Source: Deltaproteobacteria bacterium
GTDB lineage: Bacteria; Desulfobacterota_D; UBA1144; Nemesobacterales; JAJCZQ01
Reading direction: 5' to 3'
Assembly (NCBI GenBank): GCA_029262335.1
Contig: JAJCZQ010000026.1
Coordinates: forward strand, 24,443 to 88,442
DNA length: 64,000 bases
Positions within the stretch are counted from its first letter, which is position 1; every line of letters begins with the position of its first letter. Positions 1 to 9,157 of the stretch are shown piece by piece. Under the pieces are notes generated by a model, which saw only the letters and a program-made list of their open reading frames with translations, was not told where the DNA came from and did not search any database. The position numbers and the translations under genes were made by a program.

Positions 1-514
1 CTTCTTCAAGTGTTGTTCCTTCCTTGGCAGTTACAAGGTCTTTCTTAGGTGTCATTACATTCTCAATCTTAAAATGAAGGTTTTTTTCAAATCTCAAATC
101 ACGGTTGGTAATTATTCCATTCAGTGTGCCGTCATTCTTAATAACCGGAAGTCCTGTTATCCCGAAATTATTCATAATATCGACAGCATCCTTTACCAGC
201 TGATTAGGTTTTACAGTGAGCGGATTGACTATCATACCGCTTTCAAATTTTTTTACTTTTTCTACTTCAGATGCCTGAAAATCAGCAGACATGTTCTTAT
301 GAATAATGCCAATTCCGCCTTCCTGCGCCATTGTTATTGCTGTCCGGGCTTCGGTAACAGTATCCATTGCAGCACTTATAAGCGGAATATTTAATTTGAT
401 TCCGGGAGTTAACTGGGTGGATACATCGACATCAGTGGGCAAAATTTGAGAGTAAGAAGGTACAAGTAGAACATCATCAAATGTTAAGGCTTCTTCAACC
501 TTACCTACACTCAT
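1..514 (-). CDS. guaB: IMP dehydrogenase (5' part, runs off window start)
   Basis: Manual translation from ATG at 514: MSVGKVEEALTFDDVLLVP...LNIPLISAAMDTVTE...AQEGGIGIIHKNM, the classic IMPDH N-terminus. Not in the ORF track because it is truncated. Confidence 0.95.
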   Translation of the reverse strand, partial: MSVGKVEEALTFDDVLLVPSYSQILPTDVDVSTQLTPGIKLNIPLISAAMDTVTEARTAITMAQEGGIGIIHKNMSADFQASEVEKVKKFESGMIVNPLTVKPNQLVKDAVDIMNNFGITGLPVIKNDGTLNGIITNRDLRFEKNLHFKIENVMTPKKDLVTAKEGTTLEE

Positions 515-924
515 TATTTCTTTCCTTTAGGTTTTTTAACAGCAGTTTTTTTCTCCGCTGGTTTTTTTGCTGGTGGGGCCGCCGGGGCCTTTGGAGCAGC
601 AGACTTTGGAGCTCTTGGTTTCTTTTTTGGTTTTTCTACTGGAATCTGCTTTGCAGTACTCGGAGTTAATAATATTTCCAGGACTTTTTTCCTCATTTCG
701 GGAAGCCCTACTCCAAGCTCAACTTCAATTGCCTGTTCTTTATCAGTCAGGTGTACAAAAACGGGCAGCACTCCTACAAATGTCTCAGAATCAACTCTTT
801 CAAATCCAAGTGCTTTAAGAAGTTTTTTCTGGAATACCGGAAAATCAACTGTTGCTATTTCAGCAGTCTCCTGTGGTAATAACCCGTCCTGGCTTACGCT
901 TACTTTTATCTTGGTAGCTTTCAT
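514..924 (-). CDS. Hypothetical protein with Lys/Ala/Pro-rich histone H1-like C-terminal tail
   Basis: 136 aa with tail KKPRAPKSAAPKAPAAPPAKKPAEKKTAVKKPKGKK. Stop overlaps the guaB start (TAATG). Confidence 0.75.
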   Translation of the reverse strand: MKATKIKVSVSQDGLLPQETAEIATVDFPVFQKKLLKALGFERVDSETFVGVLPVFVHLTDKEQAIEVELGVGLPEMRKKVLEILLTPSTAKQIPVEKPKKKPRAPKSAAPKAPAAPPAKKPAEKKTAVKKPKGKK

Positions 925-1028
925 AATATATTATTACACTCCATTTCTATTTCATTAGAATAACTGCTTTTTTTCAAAGTATTAAAAGGGTTATATTACA
1001 AGAACCGGAGTTATTTAGCAAGGAAATA

Positions 1029-2351
1029 TCAAGGATTCTCACCAATATCTGCAGAATCATATCCAACTACTTCAACCCTGTATTTCAAACCCAGGATTTT
1101 TTCTTTCGCCGGAAAAATCGAATAAAAGGGGATTACCTCTCCCGGCTGTATATCAAAATTGAGTCCATCAAGATTGTTGGCATCATCATAGCTGATATCA
1201 CCATTTTTTCTGTTCAGTTTAGCCTGGATACTGTTAAATGTACTGTTTTTGATTTCCCTGTTGGACAGGGTATTTCCCGCAAATAATTCCTGTATAAAAA
1301 TATTTGTGCCCTCGGATATATAGTAGACACGGAGTTTAAGGTAATTTACCGGACTTGTTGATGTATTTACTGCTTCCCCTGAAACAACAAAAACCTGGCC
1401 GTATTTTGAACTTTGCCAGCTGCCATTATCTTCTTTTATCTTTATGTTCTTTTTTAATTCGAGTCCGGCATTTCCGCCATACAAACCTCTGGCATAGTTA
1501 TCAAACCGGTTAAAATAATCATTAGGGTATATTTTAGTTTCATTTAACAAGAACATTGTGACAAGAAAAAGTGCCGCTATCAGTATTATTGCAAAAATCC
1601 AGCCTATTAATTTCTTAAAAAATCCGCTGCTTCCCTTACTCCTGCGGTATCTTCTTACGGGTGCAGTTTTTGCGGATGCTGCATAACGAGGCTCCTGTAC
1701 ATCAGAAGACGATGCCACCGTACCCTTTGTATATGTCTGTTCAAGTACATCCTGGTCAAGGCTAAGGTTAGGACTTTTAAATTCATCCCCGCCTTTTTCG
1801 CCTGCGGAGATCTCCGTCTTTTGTTGAGGTGGTTTAAACTCTTCAGCTGGAATATCATCTTTCTGAACACCCTGATCTTCAGCCATATCATCAAGGTGGT
1901 CAATTTCCAGGTTAAGGAAAGGATCAGGTGCTGTTTCCTGTTCTGTAGGTGCGGTATCTAAATTAACACTTTGATCGGAAGTTTCTAAATTTTCGATATT
2001 CAGATCAGCGCTTAAATCAGGTTTATCTTCAATACCAGGTGTAATTAATTCTTCATCCGATTTTTCTGGTTTATTAAAATCCAAAGTTTCGGTCGGAGTT
2101 TCAGTTAAAGGCTCATCCTGAGTTATGGGTAATTCATTTTCATCTATGGATGGAGTATCAGGTACAAGGTCTTCCTGCTGTTCCTGAGCAAAAGGATCAG
2201 GCGAAGTTTCAGGACTATGTTCATCATGGAGACTGTATTCAAAAAAGAAAACCTCCCCACACTTCGAACATCTCACCTTGATTCCGGGCGGCTTAACTTT
2301 ATCATCCCCTACCCTGAACTTTGTTTTACATGCTTCACATTGAATTATCAT
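1029..2351 (-). CDS. MJ0042-type zinc-ribbon membrane protein (DUF3426-like C-terminus)
   Basis: N-terminal CxxC...CxxC (CEAC/CSKC), long acidic linker, one TM helix, C-terminal periplasmic domain. Confidence 0.8.
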   Translation of the reverse strand: MIIQCEACKTKFRVGDDKVKPPGIKVRCSKCGEVFFFEYSLHDEHSPETSPDPFAQEQQEDLVPDTPSIDENELPITQDEPLTETPTETLDFNKPEKSDEELITPGIEDKPDLSADLNIENLETSDQSVNLDTAPTEQETAPDPFLNLEIDHLDDMAEDQGVQKDDIPAEEFKPPQQKTEISAGEKGGDEFKSPNLSLDQDVLEQTYTKGTVASSSDVQEPRYAASAKTAPVRRYRRSKGSSGFFKKLIGWIFAIILIAALFLVTMFLLNETKIYPNDYFNRFDNYARGLYGGNAGLELKKNIKIKEDNGSWQSSKYGQVFVVSGEAVNTSTSPVNYLKLRVYYISEGTNIFIQELFAGNTLSNREIKNSTFNSIQAKLNRKNGDISYDDANNLDGLNFDIQPGEVIPFYSIFPAKEKILGLKYRVEVVGYDSADIGENP

Positions 2352-2573
2352 AACTTAATAAAAATGTATCATAATCATTTATTAATAGTAATTTTAAGAT
2401 CAAAATTCTATTTAACAAAAATATTTTTTATTTAGATAAAAATAATTTATCTGAAAAAAGATAATGCTTATTATAGTTTATTTTTCATTATAAATGTATC
2501 TTCTAGATTAAATCAACTTAAATACATTGCAAAGGGGATATTACTTATGTAGAATTTCCTATTACAAATTACC

Positions 2574-3545
2574 TTGGAGTTACCTTACATAATGGATAAT
2601 GAAAACCCAATTTTAAAGTTAAAAAATGAGATGGACAAACATGTGGTTGGGCACGACCAGGTAAAGATGGCCCTGCTGCTTGGAATTATATCTAGGGAAC
2701 ATATATATATTGAAGGCCCCCCAGGTACAGCAAAAACAATGCTGTCCGAGATTATATCTTCTGCTGCCCAGTTAAATTTCTTTTTCTACCAGCTTCACAG
2801 GGACACAAGACTGTCCGAACTCATTGGTGACCTTGTAATATCTAAAGAAAAAAGCGATGAAGGCGAAATAATAAAGCAGAAAATTGTTAAAGGTGGTATT
2901 TTAAAATCCGAGATTTGCCTTTTGGATGACATATCCAGGGCACCCGGAGAGTCCCTGAATGTACTTCTTCGTATTCTAAATGAAAGAAAGTTTTTTAATG
3001 AACCAATCCCGCTTATGACAGCAATTGCCACGAGCAACCCTACCGCAGATGAGTATTACAATGAACCTCTTGACCCTGCAAACCTCGACAGGTTTGTACT
3101 TCAGATAAAATCTCTTGGGATTTCATACGGCAAGGGCTGGGACGATGCAAGAAAAGTAATTGAGCTTTATTCCAACAAATCATTTAACGAAGATATTCCG
3201 GTTTCTGTCAGCAAAGAAATTCTGGACGAGTCTTATAATAAATTAGACAAGATGGAAATACCTTCTGAAGTACAGGAAGGGCTTGCCAACTTTGTTACGA
3301 TCTTAGTAGAAGATTACGGATTAAATGAAACAAATTCATTAATATCCGACAGAACTTTCTTTGTAAAATCCCTTAAGATAATTCGTGCTCATGCACTTAT
3401 ATCCGGAAGAGATACCTGCACAATGGAAGACCTCCAGGCATTAAAATACATGACTGCATTCAGGATCCCTGAAGACATTTATGACCAGCTGGACAATATT
3501 CTGCAAAACCTGGATCGTAAAAAAAAAATCCAAATGACGAGCTAA
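2574..3545 (+). CDS. MoxR/RavA-like AAA+ ATPase
   Basis: Walker A GPPGTAKT, Walker B-like LLDD, ATSN sensor and DPANLDRF arginine-finger region. Confidence 0.9.
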   Translation: MELPYIMDNENPILKLKNEMDKHVVGHDQVKMALLLGIISREHIYIEGPPGTAKTMLSEIISSAAQLNFFFYQLHRDTRLSELIGDLVISKEKSDEGEIIKQKIVKGGILKSEICLLDDISRAPGESLNVLLRILNERKFFNEPIPLMTAIATSNPTADEYYNEPLDPANLDRFVLQIKSLGISYGKGWDDARKVIELYSNKSFNEDIPVSVSKEILDESYNKLDKMEIPSEVQEGLANFVTILVEDYGLNETNSLISDRTFFVKSLKIIRAHALISGRDTCTMEDLQALKYMTAFRIPEDIYDQLDNILQNLDRKKKIQMTS

Positions 3546-3565
3546 GAGACGAGGCTGAACAGCCT

Positions 3566-4699
3566 ATGTCCGAGTTTGACCAGGATTTTCCCGACGACCA
3601 GGAACTCAAAGAAAAACCTGACGATGAATCAGAGAAACAATCGGAAGAAGAAGTGTCCGATGCCAGGAAAACTTTTTTCCAGGCCCTGAAAGAATTAAAG
3701 GAAAACATCGACCAGGAAAGTGAAATGAATCCCCCCGATGATTTAAACATTCCTTCAGACCCAACAGGTCAGCCTTTTGATGACGGCAACTCCGAAGAGA
3801 AGGATTCACAAACCGATAAAATATTTGCCAGCAAATCTGAGAACTCAGGCGAAGACGATGATCTTCTGACACCCGGGAAAAGAAACCTCGACACTGCAGA
3901 CAATATCAAGATGATAATGAAAGTCCTTGACGGGAACTTCCAGAGAAACATTGCCAGAAAAGCATTCCATCCGGGCGGCGTTCCGAGGACCTGGAAAAGA
4001 ATGACAACATTTGATGAAGTTGAAGATGTAGACCCAATGGACGCATTTGTATGGGCAGACAACATGTCGCCGCAGCTCCCAAGGGTCCACAGAAGGGAAA
4101 AAGAAAGGCTTGGCGGTGAAATTGCAATACTTAGAGACGTTAGTACATCTATGATGGGTGTTTACAGTGAATGGTCATCCTCGGTGGTAAAAGGGGTACT
4201 TGAGCTTGCCCGATCAAAGAGCATGAGAGTAGGTTATGTAGAGTTTAATCATAAGTCATTTAAGTATAAAAAGAACTCAAGATTTTTTACACGTGATTAC
4301 GAATGGGTGCTAAACCTTTCCACCAACACAGAATGTTCAGGCAATACAAACTATGAAGACGCCCTTAGCGAGTCTCTTTCCGAATTCAGGGGCAGGGGCT
4401 TAAGGAACAAGCACATACTTTTCATTACTGATGGAATCCCAACTTCAGGGGACTGTGATGTTTTTCGCGAAAGGGTCCTTGCCAAAAAACTTGGTGTTTG
4501 CATTCACTCAATCTTTATCGGTTCTAAAAACTATCCCAAAATTCTGCAGCAGGTTTCCCAGGAAACAATCGGCACGCAGTTTGTTGCATTCAAGGGAAAA
4601 GACGGCCTTATTAAGATTGAAAGGAAAGATAAGTTTTTTACCGGCAGGGATGAAGTCAAAACCCAGGTTGACCCGTTTGATAAAGTTTTCTCAAACTAG
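3566..4699 (+). CDS. VWA-domain protein with acidic N-terminal linker (frame is open from 3521; probable frameshift partner of the AAA+ gene)
   Basis: MIDAS DVSTS, GNT and ITDG motifs. Acidic low-complexity N-terminus. Confidence 0.85.
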   Translation: MSEFDQDFPDDQELKEKPDDESEKQSEEEVSDARKTFFQALKELKENIDQESEMNPPDDLNIPSDPTGQPFDDGNSEEKDSQTDKIFASKSENSGEDDDLLTPGKRNLDTADNIKMIMKVLDGNFQRNIARKAFHPGGVPRTWKRMTTFDEVEDVDPMDAFVWADNMSPQLPRVHRREKERLGGEIAILRDVSTSMMGVYSEWSSSVVKGVLELARSKSMRVGYVEFNHKSFKYKKNSRFFTRDYEWVLNLSTNTECSGNTNYEDALSESLSEFRGRGLRNKHILFITDGIPTSGDCDVFRERVLAKKLGVCIHSIFIGSKNYPKILQQVSQETIGTQFVAFKGKDGLIKIERKDKFFTGRDEVKTQVDPFDKVFSN

Positions 4700-5700
4700 T
4701 TTTTATTTCTGTTCCTGATGTACTTATTCACGGCGTTTACATGGCTGCGGTAATCAATAGAAAAGTAATGGCTCCCGTCACCCTTTGAAACAAAAAAAAG
4801 ATATTTTACATCAGAAGGATTAAGGGCTGCATGAAGTGCCTCTTTCCCGGGATTGGCAATTGGCCCCGCGGGAAGCCCGTAGATCTGGTATGTGTTGTAG
4901 GGAGTTTTGGTACTCAGGTCTTTCTTTCTTATGTTTCCATCATAACTTTCGCCCATTCCGTATATAACAGTCGGGTCACACTCCAGCCTCATACCTATTC
5001 TCAGCCTGTTGTGAAAAACAGCCGAAATATTGTCTCTCTCCGAGTCTGTACCCGTCTCTTTTTCGATCATTGATGCGAGGATTACAACCTGGTGGTCTGT
5101 TAATTTTATATTTTTCTCATTGGTTAGATTTTCAAAAACATTGTTAAAATTACCAACCATTGTTTCAATTACTTCTTTAGTTTCAACAGACTTTGGAAAG
5201 GAATAAGTATCAGGAAAGAGATACCCTTCAAGAGAAGATATATTTTTGCCAGTCAGCTCTTTTGCATATTCGGCATCTGATACGAGTTTAAGAAACTCGT
5301 CTCTGTCAGCAAAGCCGCTCCTGTGCATAATGTCAGCAGTTTCTCTTATAGATTTACCTTCCGGGACCGTCACCTGCCTCAGGTATACATCTCCGCTTGC
5401 AAACTTTTTTATGATTGCCTCCATACTGCTTCCCGAAGGTATCTCGTACTCACCAGCCTTTAAGCTGTTTGCCTGGCCGTTTAGATAGGCGGATATTAAA
5501 AAAAGTGTTTTGTTCCTGATCAGTTTATTTTCATCAAGGATTGTGCTGATCTTTCTAAGGCTCGAGCCTTTTGGTATCTCTATAAGTGAAGTTTCCTTTG
5601 AATAACTGTCAAGGAAAATCAGGTAGTAAAAAGTTATGGATAAAACAATCAGGGTAATTACTAATAAGGATGCTGTATATAAAAATAATTTATTTTTCAT
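4696..5700 (-). CDS. mltG: Endolytic murein transglycosylase MltG (YceG)
   Basis: LEGYLFPDTY, ASMIEKE, LECDPT and GLPAGPIANPG motifs. ATG at 5700 precedes the TM anchor. Confidence 0.95.
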   Translation of the reverse strand: MKNKLFLYTASLLVITLIVLSITFYYLIFLDSYSKETSLIEIPKGSSLRKISTILDENKLIRNKTLFLISAYLNGQANSLKAGEYEIPSGSSMEAIIKKFASGDVYLRQVTVPEGKSIRETADIMHRSGFADRDEFLKLVSDAEYAKELTGKNISSLEGYLFPDTYSFPKSVETKEVIETMVGNFNNVFENLTNEKNIKLTDHQVVILASMIEKETGTDSERDNISAVFHNRLRIGMRLECDPTVIYGMGESYDGNIRKKDLSTKTPYNTYQIYGLPAGPIANPGKEALHAALNPSDVKYLFFVSKGDGSHYFSIDYRSHVNAVNKYIRNRNKN

Positions 5701-6841
5701 TCTTTTTTGAAACCACTGCCAGGTCGTCCCTGTGTATGACCTCGTCACTGTATTTGTAACCCAGGATTTTTTCTATTTCGCTGGTCTTTTTCCCGGCAAT
5801 TTTTCGTACTTCCTCGGCGCTGTAAGTTGATATGCCCCTTGCCAGTTCAGTACCGCTTTCATCAAGGCAGATAATACAATCGCCAATACCAAAGCTGCCC
5901 TGCACTTTTAGTATTCCCGAGGGAAGCAGGCTTTTCCCTTTTTTTAGAATAGCGGCTCCGGCGCCTTCATCCAGTGTTATTTTACCCGCTGCTTTTAAGT
6001 TATATGCAATCCAGTGTTTCCTTGCCTTTAATTTGTCCTGGGATGGAAGTACCAGTGTACCGAACTCTTCTCCTTTAAATATTCTGCTAATTGAATCATT
6101 TTTTTCTCCATTAGCAATTACTGAGGGCACGCCAAATAGAGACGCTTTTTTAACAGATTCAATCTTTGTTTTCATTCCGCCTGTAGTGGTTTTACCGGTT
6201 GTCCCACCGTCTATTTTCTCAATTTCATTATTAACTTCGTTTACAAGGGAAATAAACTCCGCATCCGCATTTTTCTTTGGGTCTTCACTGTAAATACCGT
6301 CTATGTTTGTCAGCAATATCATTAAATCTGCTTCTGTAAGTGAAGTTACAAGTGCTGCAAGGTTGTCATTATCTCCTATCATAATCTCTTCTATTGCAAC
6401 TGTATCGTTTTCATTCACAATTGGGATAATTTCCATCTCGAGGAGTCGCTGAATTGTTTTTCTTGAGATTAAAAACCTTTTCCTGTCTGAAAAACCGTTA
6501 TGAGTAAGGAGTATCTGGGCGACGTGAATATTGTATTTGGAAAACGCCTTTTCGTAACTCCATATAAGTGAACATTGGCCGCAGGCCGCAATAGCCTGCT
6601 TTGTATGAATATCAGTTGCCCATTCTTCGGCACCAAGTTTCTTCATTCCCGACGCAATGGCCCCGGACGATACAAGTATTACTTCGATATTTTTTTCTCT
6701 TAGCTTAAATATCTGCGCAGCTATCTCGCCGAATCTTGACTCAAGAAGATTCCCGTCATCATCGGTAAGAACACTGCTTCCGACTTTAATTACTACTTTT
6801 TTTATACCTGAGAAAAACTTTTTCCGGTCAAAACTTTCCAT
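5690..6841 (-). CDS. proB: Glutamate 5-kinase
   Basis: VIKVGSS, NENDTV, GDND and TGGM.TK motifs plus a C-terminal PUA domain. Confidence 0.97.
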   Translation of the reverse strand: MESFDRKKFFSGIKKVVIKVGSSVLTDDDGNLLESRFGEIAAQIFKLREKNIEVILVSSGAIASGMKKLGAEEWATDIHTKQAIAACGQCSLIWSYEKAFSKYNIHVAQILLTHNGFSDRKRFLISRKTIQRLLEMEIIPIVNENDTVAIEEIMIGDNDNLAALVTSLTEADLMILLTNIDGIYSEDPKKNADAEFISLVNEVNNEIEKIDGGTTGKTTTGGMKTKIESVKKASLFGVPSVIANGEKNDSISRIFKGEEFGTLVLPSQDKLKARKHWIAYNLKAAGKITLDEGAGAAILKKGKSLLPSGILKVQGSFGIGDCIICLDESGTELARGISTYSAEEVRKIAGKKTSEIEKILGYKYSDEVIHRDDLAVVSKKNEK

Positions 6842-6881
6842 TTGAGCAATAATATTACCAAAAAAGACTGTTTTGTATCTA

Positions 6882-6910
6882 TTGACATTAAATAAACATC
6901 AAGCTAACTT
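6882..6910 (+). promoter_or_regulatory. sigma70-type promoter for tRNA-Gly
   Basis: TTGACA-17 nt-TAACTT just upstream of the tRNA. Confidence 0.55.
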
Positions 6911-6927
6911 TTTCATCTACCTAAAAT

Positions 6928-7004
6928 GCGGGAATAGCTCAGTTGGCTAGAGCGTCTGCTTGCCAAGCAGAAGGTCGCGGGTTCGAATCCCGTTTCCCGC
7001 TCCA
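6928..7004 (+). tRNA. tRNA-Gly(GCC)
   Basis: GCGGGAA acceptor stem, anticodon arm TCTGC-TTGCCAA-GCAGA, GTTCGAATC T-loop, encoded CCA. Confidence 0.98.
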
Positions 7005-7062
7005 TCTTTTTAAAAAATATTCCCTGTATTACAGTTCATATAATTACTTTTATGAGATTTTT

Positions 7063-8136
7063 ATGTATAATAAAGCCTTACTTTTCACGAGGATTTCTTT
7101 GGAACCACTTAAATTTTTGCTAATAATATGCTTTGCCCTAACGTTTCTAAGCCCTGCTACACTTTACGCAGGTGTCCTAACTTCCAACATCTCTGAGTCC
7201 GAAACAGATACCGGTGAGAATAGACTCTATACTTTTTTTGATCTGCGGGAAAGAGAAACATACCTTCAGCTCACAAATATCGAAGAAATCAGTGCATTAG
7301 TACATATACAGATTTTTAATGTGAATGACAACTGTAATGAGAACAATTTCTTTGATACATATACCGGAAACGACACTCATATTTATAATCTAAGAGACAT
7401 AATTACAAACAATGGAAATCCGTCAGGTGTTGTCCTGCCTGAGAGTGCATATGGAATTGTTGCAATTTCATTGGTTGACCCCGAGGATGGTGGATTTGAA
7501 TTTATTGATCAATTAATTGGGAATACCAGAATAATTGATGAGTCAGGCTACGAATACAGGACAAATACTGCCGGAAGGGGTGGCCTCAACCAGGATTCAA
7601 CAGAAAATGCATTATTGCAGTATCCAAATTACACTTTTAATTTCAATAAGGAAGAGGGAGTAATCTTTTCAGATATAGTAGGATTAACAATTAACGACGA
7701 TGACGATGATTGTAACCCAGATGTAGCGGAAGTATGTGTAGCAGACCCGACAAGGGCTTTTATCGCTTTTGATGTAGACATACTTAACAATAATGAAGAT
7801 ATATTTTCATGCCGTAATGTAATTTTTGCCTGTATTGATGAACAAAACCCACGCCAGGACGAACTGCTGGAACTTGTAGGAGTTGCAAACATTGCCAGGT
7901 TTGAATACGGAATAAATAATGCGATCCCTCACAGTAAGGGGGGAGAGCTGTTATGCCCCGGCAATATTATTGATGAAGGACTTGTTACATTACAGACAGT
8001 AAGACAACCAACAAATTTTAACAATAATGCAACGTTTCTTTACTTTGTTGGATTTGTAGGACTGAATAACGGCAATGAAAGGGGCAGTATGGATATGTTT
8101 TGGAATTTCAATTTACGTTCTATACCGCGATCATAA
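7063..8136 (+). CDS. Secreted hypothetical protein, paralog of 11272..12345
   Basis: Signal-like N-terminus from ATG 7063. Shares FDLRERET, NCNENNFFD, YEYRTN, IPHS.GGELLCPGN and GLNNGN.RGS.D with the paralog. Confidence 0.85.
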   Translation: MYNKALLFTRISLEPLKFLLIICFALTFLSPATLYAGVLTSNISESETDTGENRLYTFFDLRERETYLQLTNIEEISALVHIQIFNVNDNCNENNFFDTYTGNDTHIYNLRDIITNNGNPSGVVLPESAYGIVAISLVDPEDGGFEFIDQLIGNTRIIDESGYEYRTNTAGRGGLNQDSTENALLQYPNYTFNFNKEEGVIFSDIVGLTINDDDDDCNPDVAEVCVADPTRAFIAFDVDILNNNEDIFSCRNVIFACIDEQNPRQDELLELVGVANIARFEYGINNAIPHSKGGELLCPGNIIDEGLVTLQTVRQPTNFNNNATFLYFVGFVGLNNGNERGSMDMFWNFNLRSIPRS

Positions 8137-8168
8137 GTACTTTCAGGGAATTGGCACATCAAAGATTC

Positions 8169-9002
8169 TCAATACCTTTTAGAACGAACATAAACAATAC
8201 AATCCTCTTCGGATCGGCATAAGATATTGTTGCCGGCACTACCTGTTAAATCTAAATAACTGCCGGGGCTGATCCTGTTTTCATTTTTGTCACCTGGCAA
8301 CCTTTTACTAAGTTGTCCCTCTATCACTACAACCTGCAATGAAGAATTTTTATTACCAATATTCCCCTCAAATCCTGGTGGGAGTTTGAGCATTGTTCCG
8401 CTCAGCTGTCCTTTTTGTGGACTACCCCAAAGGTAAGCAGCCTCTGCCCCGCTTGATGTGGGAAGATCCGAACTGTTTAACCATACAAGATTAGATTTAT
8501 CGATATTAACAGGCCTTTCACCATTATCAAAAGCATCTCCGGCAGGATGGACAAGAAAGGGCCCGTCATCAATCTCAATATAAGCAAGGCAGCCGCCCTT
8601 ACAGGAGGTTATATGCACTTCCCCGGCCGGCTGTGTCCAGAATGATCCAACCGGCATCCACATATCCGCCGCCGCAGGGTCATCATTGTGAATAAGCCCC
8701 CTTATCACAACTCCCCGGTATGAGAAATTGTGAATATGTGGAGGAGATGAAAAACCGTCTGTAAATTCAACAAGAAATCCCGAAGGCCCGGGCACTAAAC
8801 GCTCACCCCAAAGGTTTGCGGCTTTTGGACTTTTGTCTCCGCGTTTAGGGTTGAGCTGCTGCCATTTTACTTCTGAGACATAAACAACATTAGTATCCTG
8901 GTCTGACAACTGGTCCTGAACATAGCTGTTTTGATTGATCCCTGTACTGCTGCATGCAATGAATAGTAAGAACACGAAGGTTATTTTTGGAAAGATTCTC
9001 AT
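8169..9002 (-). CDS. DUF4437-like cupin-fold lipoprotein
   Basis: Lipobox [12 protein letters not shown] and WTQPAGEVH cupin-like motifs. Confidence 0.75.
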   Translation of the reverse strand: MRIFPKITFVFLLFIACSSTGINQNSYVQDQLSDQDTNVVYVSEVKWQQLNPKRGDKSPKAANLWGERLVPGPSGFLVEFTDGFSSPPHIHNFSYRGVVIRGLIHNDDPAAADMWMPVGSFWTQPAGEVHITSCKGGCLAYIEIDDGPFLVHPAGDAFDNGERPVNIDKSNLVWLNSSDLPTSSGAEAAYLWGSPQKGQLSGTMLKLPPGFEGNIGNKNSSLQVVVIEGQLSKRLPGDKNENRISPGSYLDLTGSAGNNILCRSEEDCIVYVRSKRY

Positions 9003-9157
9003 AATTTATTTTTGCTATTATTATACTGGACTTTATACTCCGCAATAAGTTTTAAAATTTAGAAAAGATATTTGACTAAATTAATACAACCCTTATTTCT
9101 TATTAAAAATTCTGAATTATAATTAGGTAAATATTTAATTGTGGGTGGGGATACAAC

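Noticed and set aside
6943-7062. N-terminal extension of ORF 6943..8136
   Set aside because: It overlaps tRNA-Gly. The real start is more likely ATG 7063.
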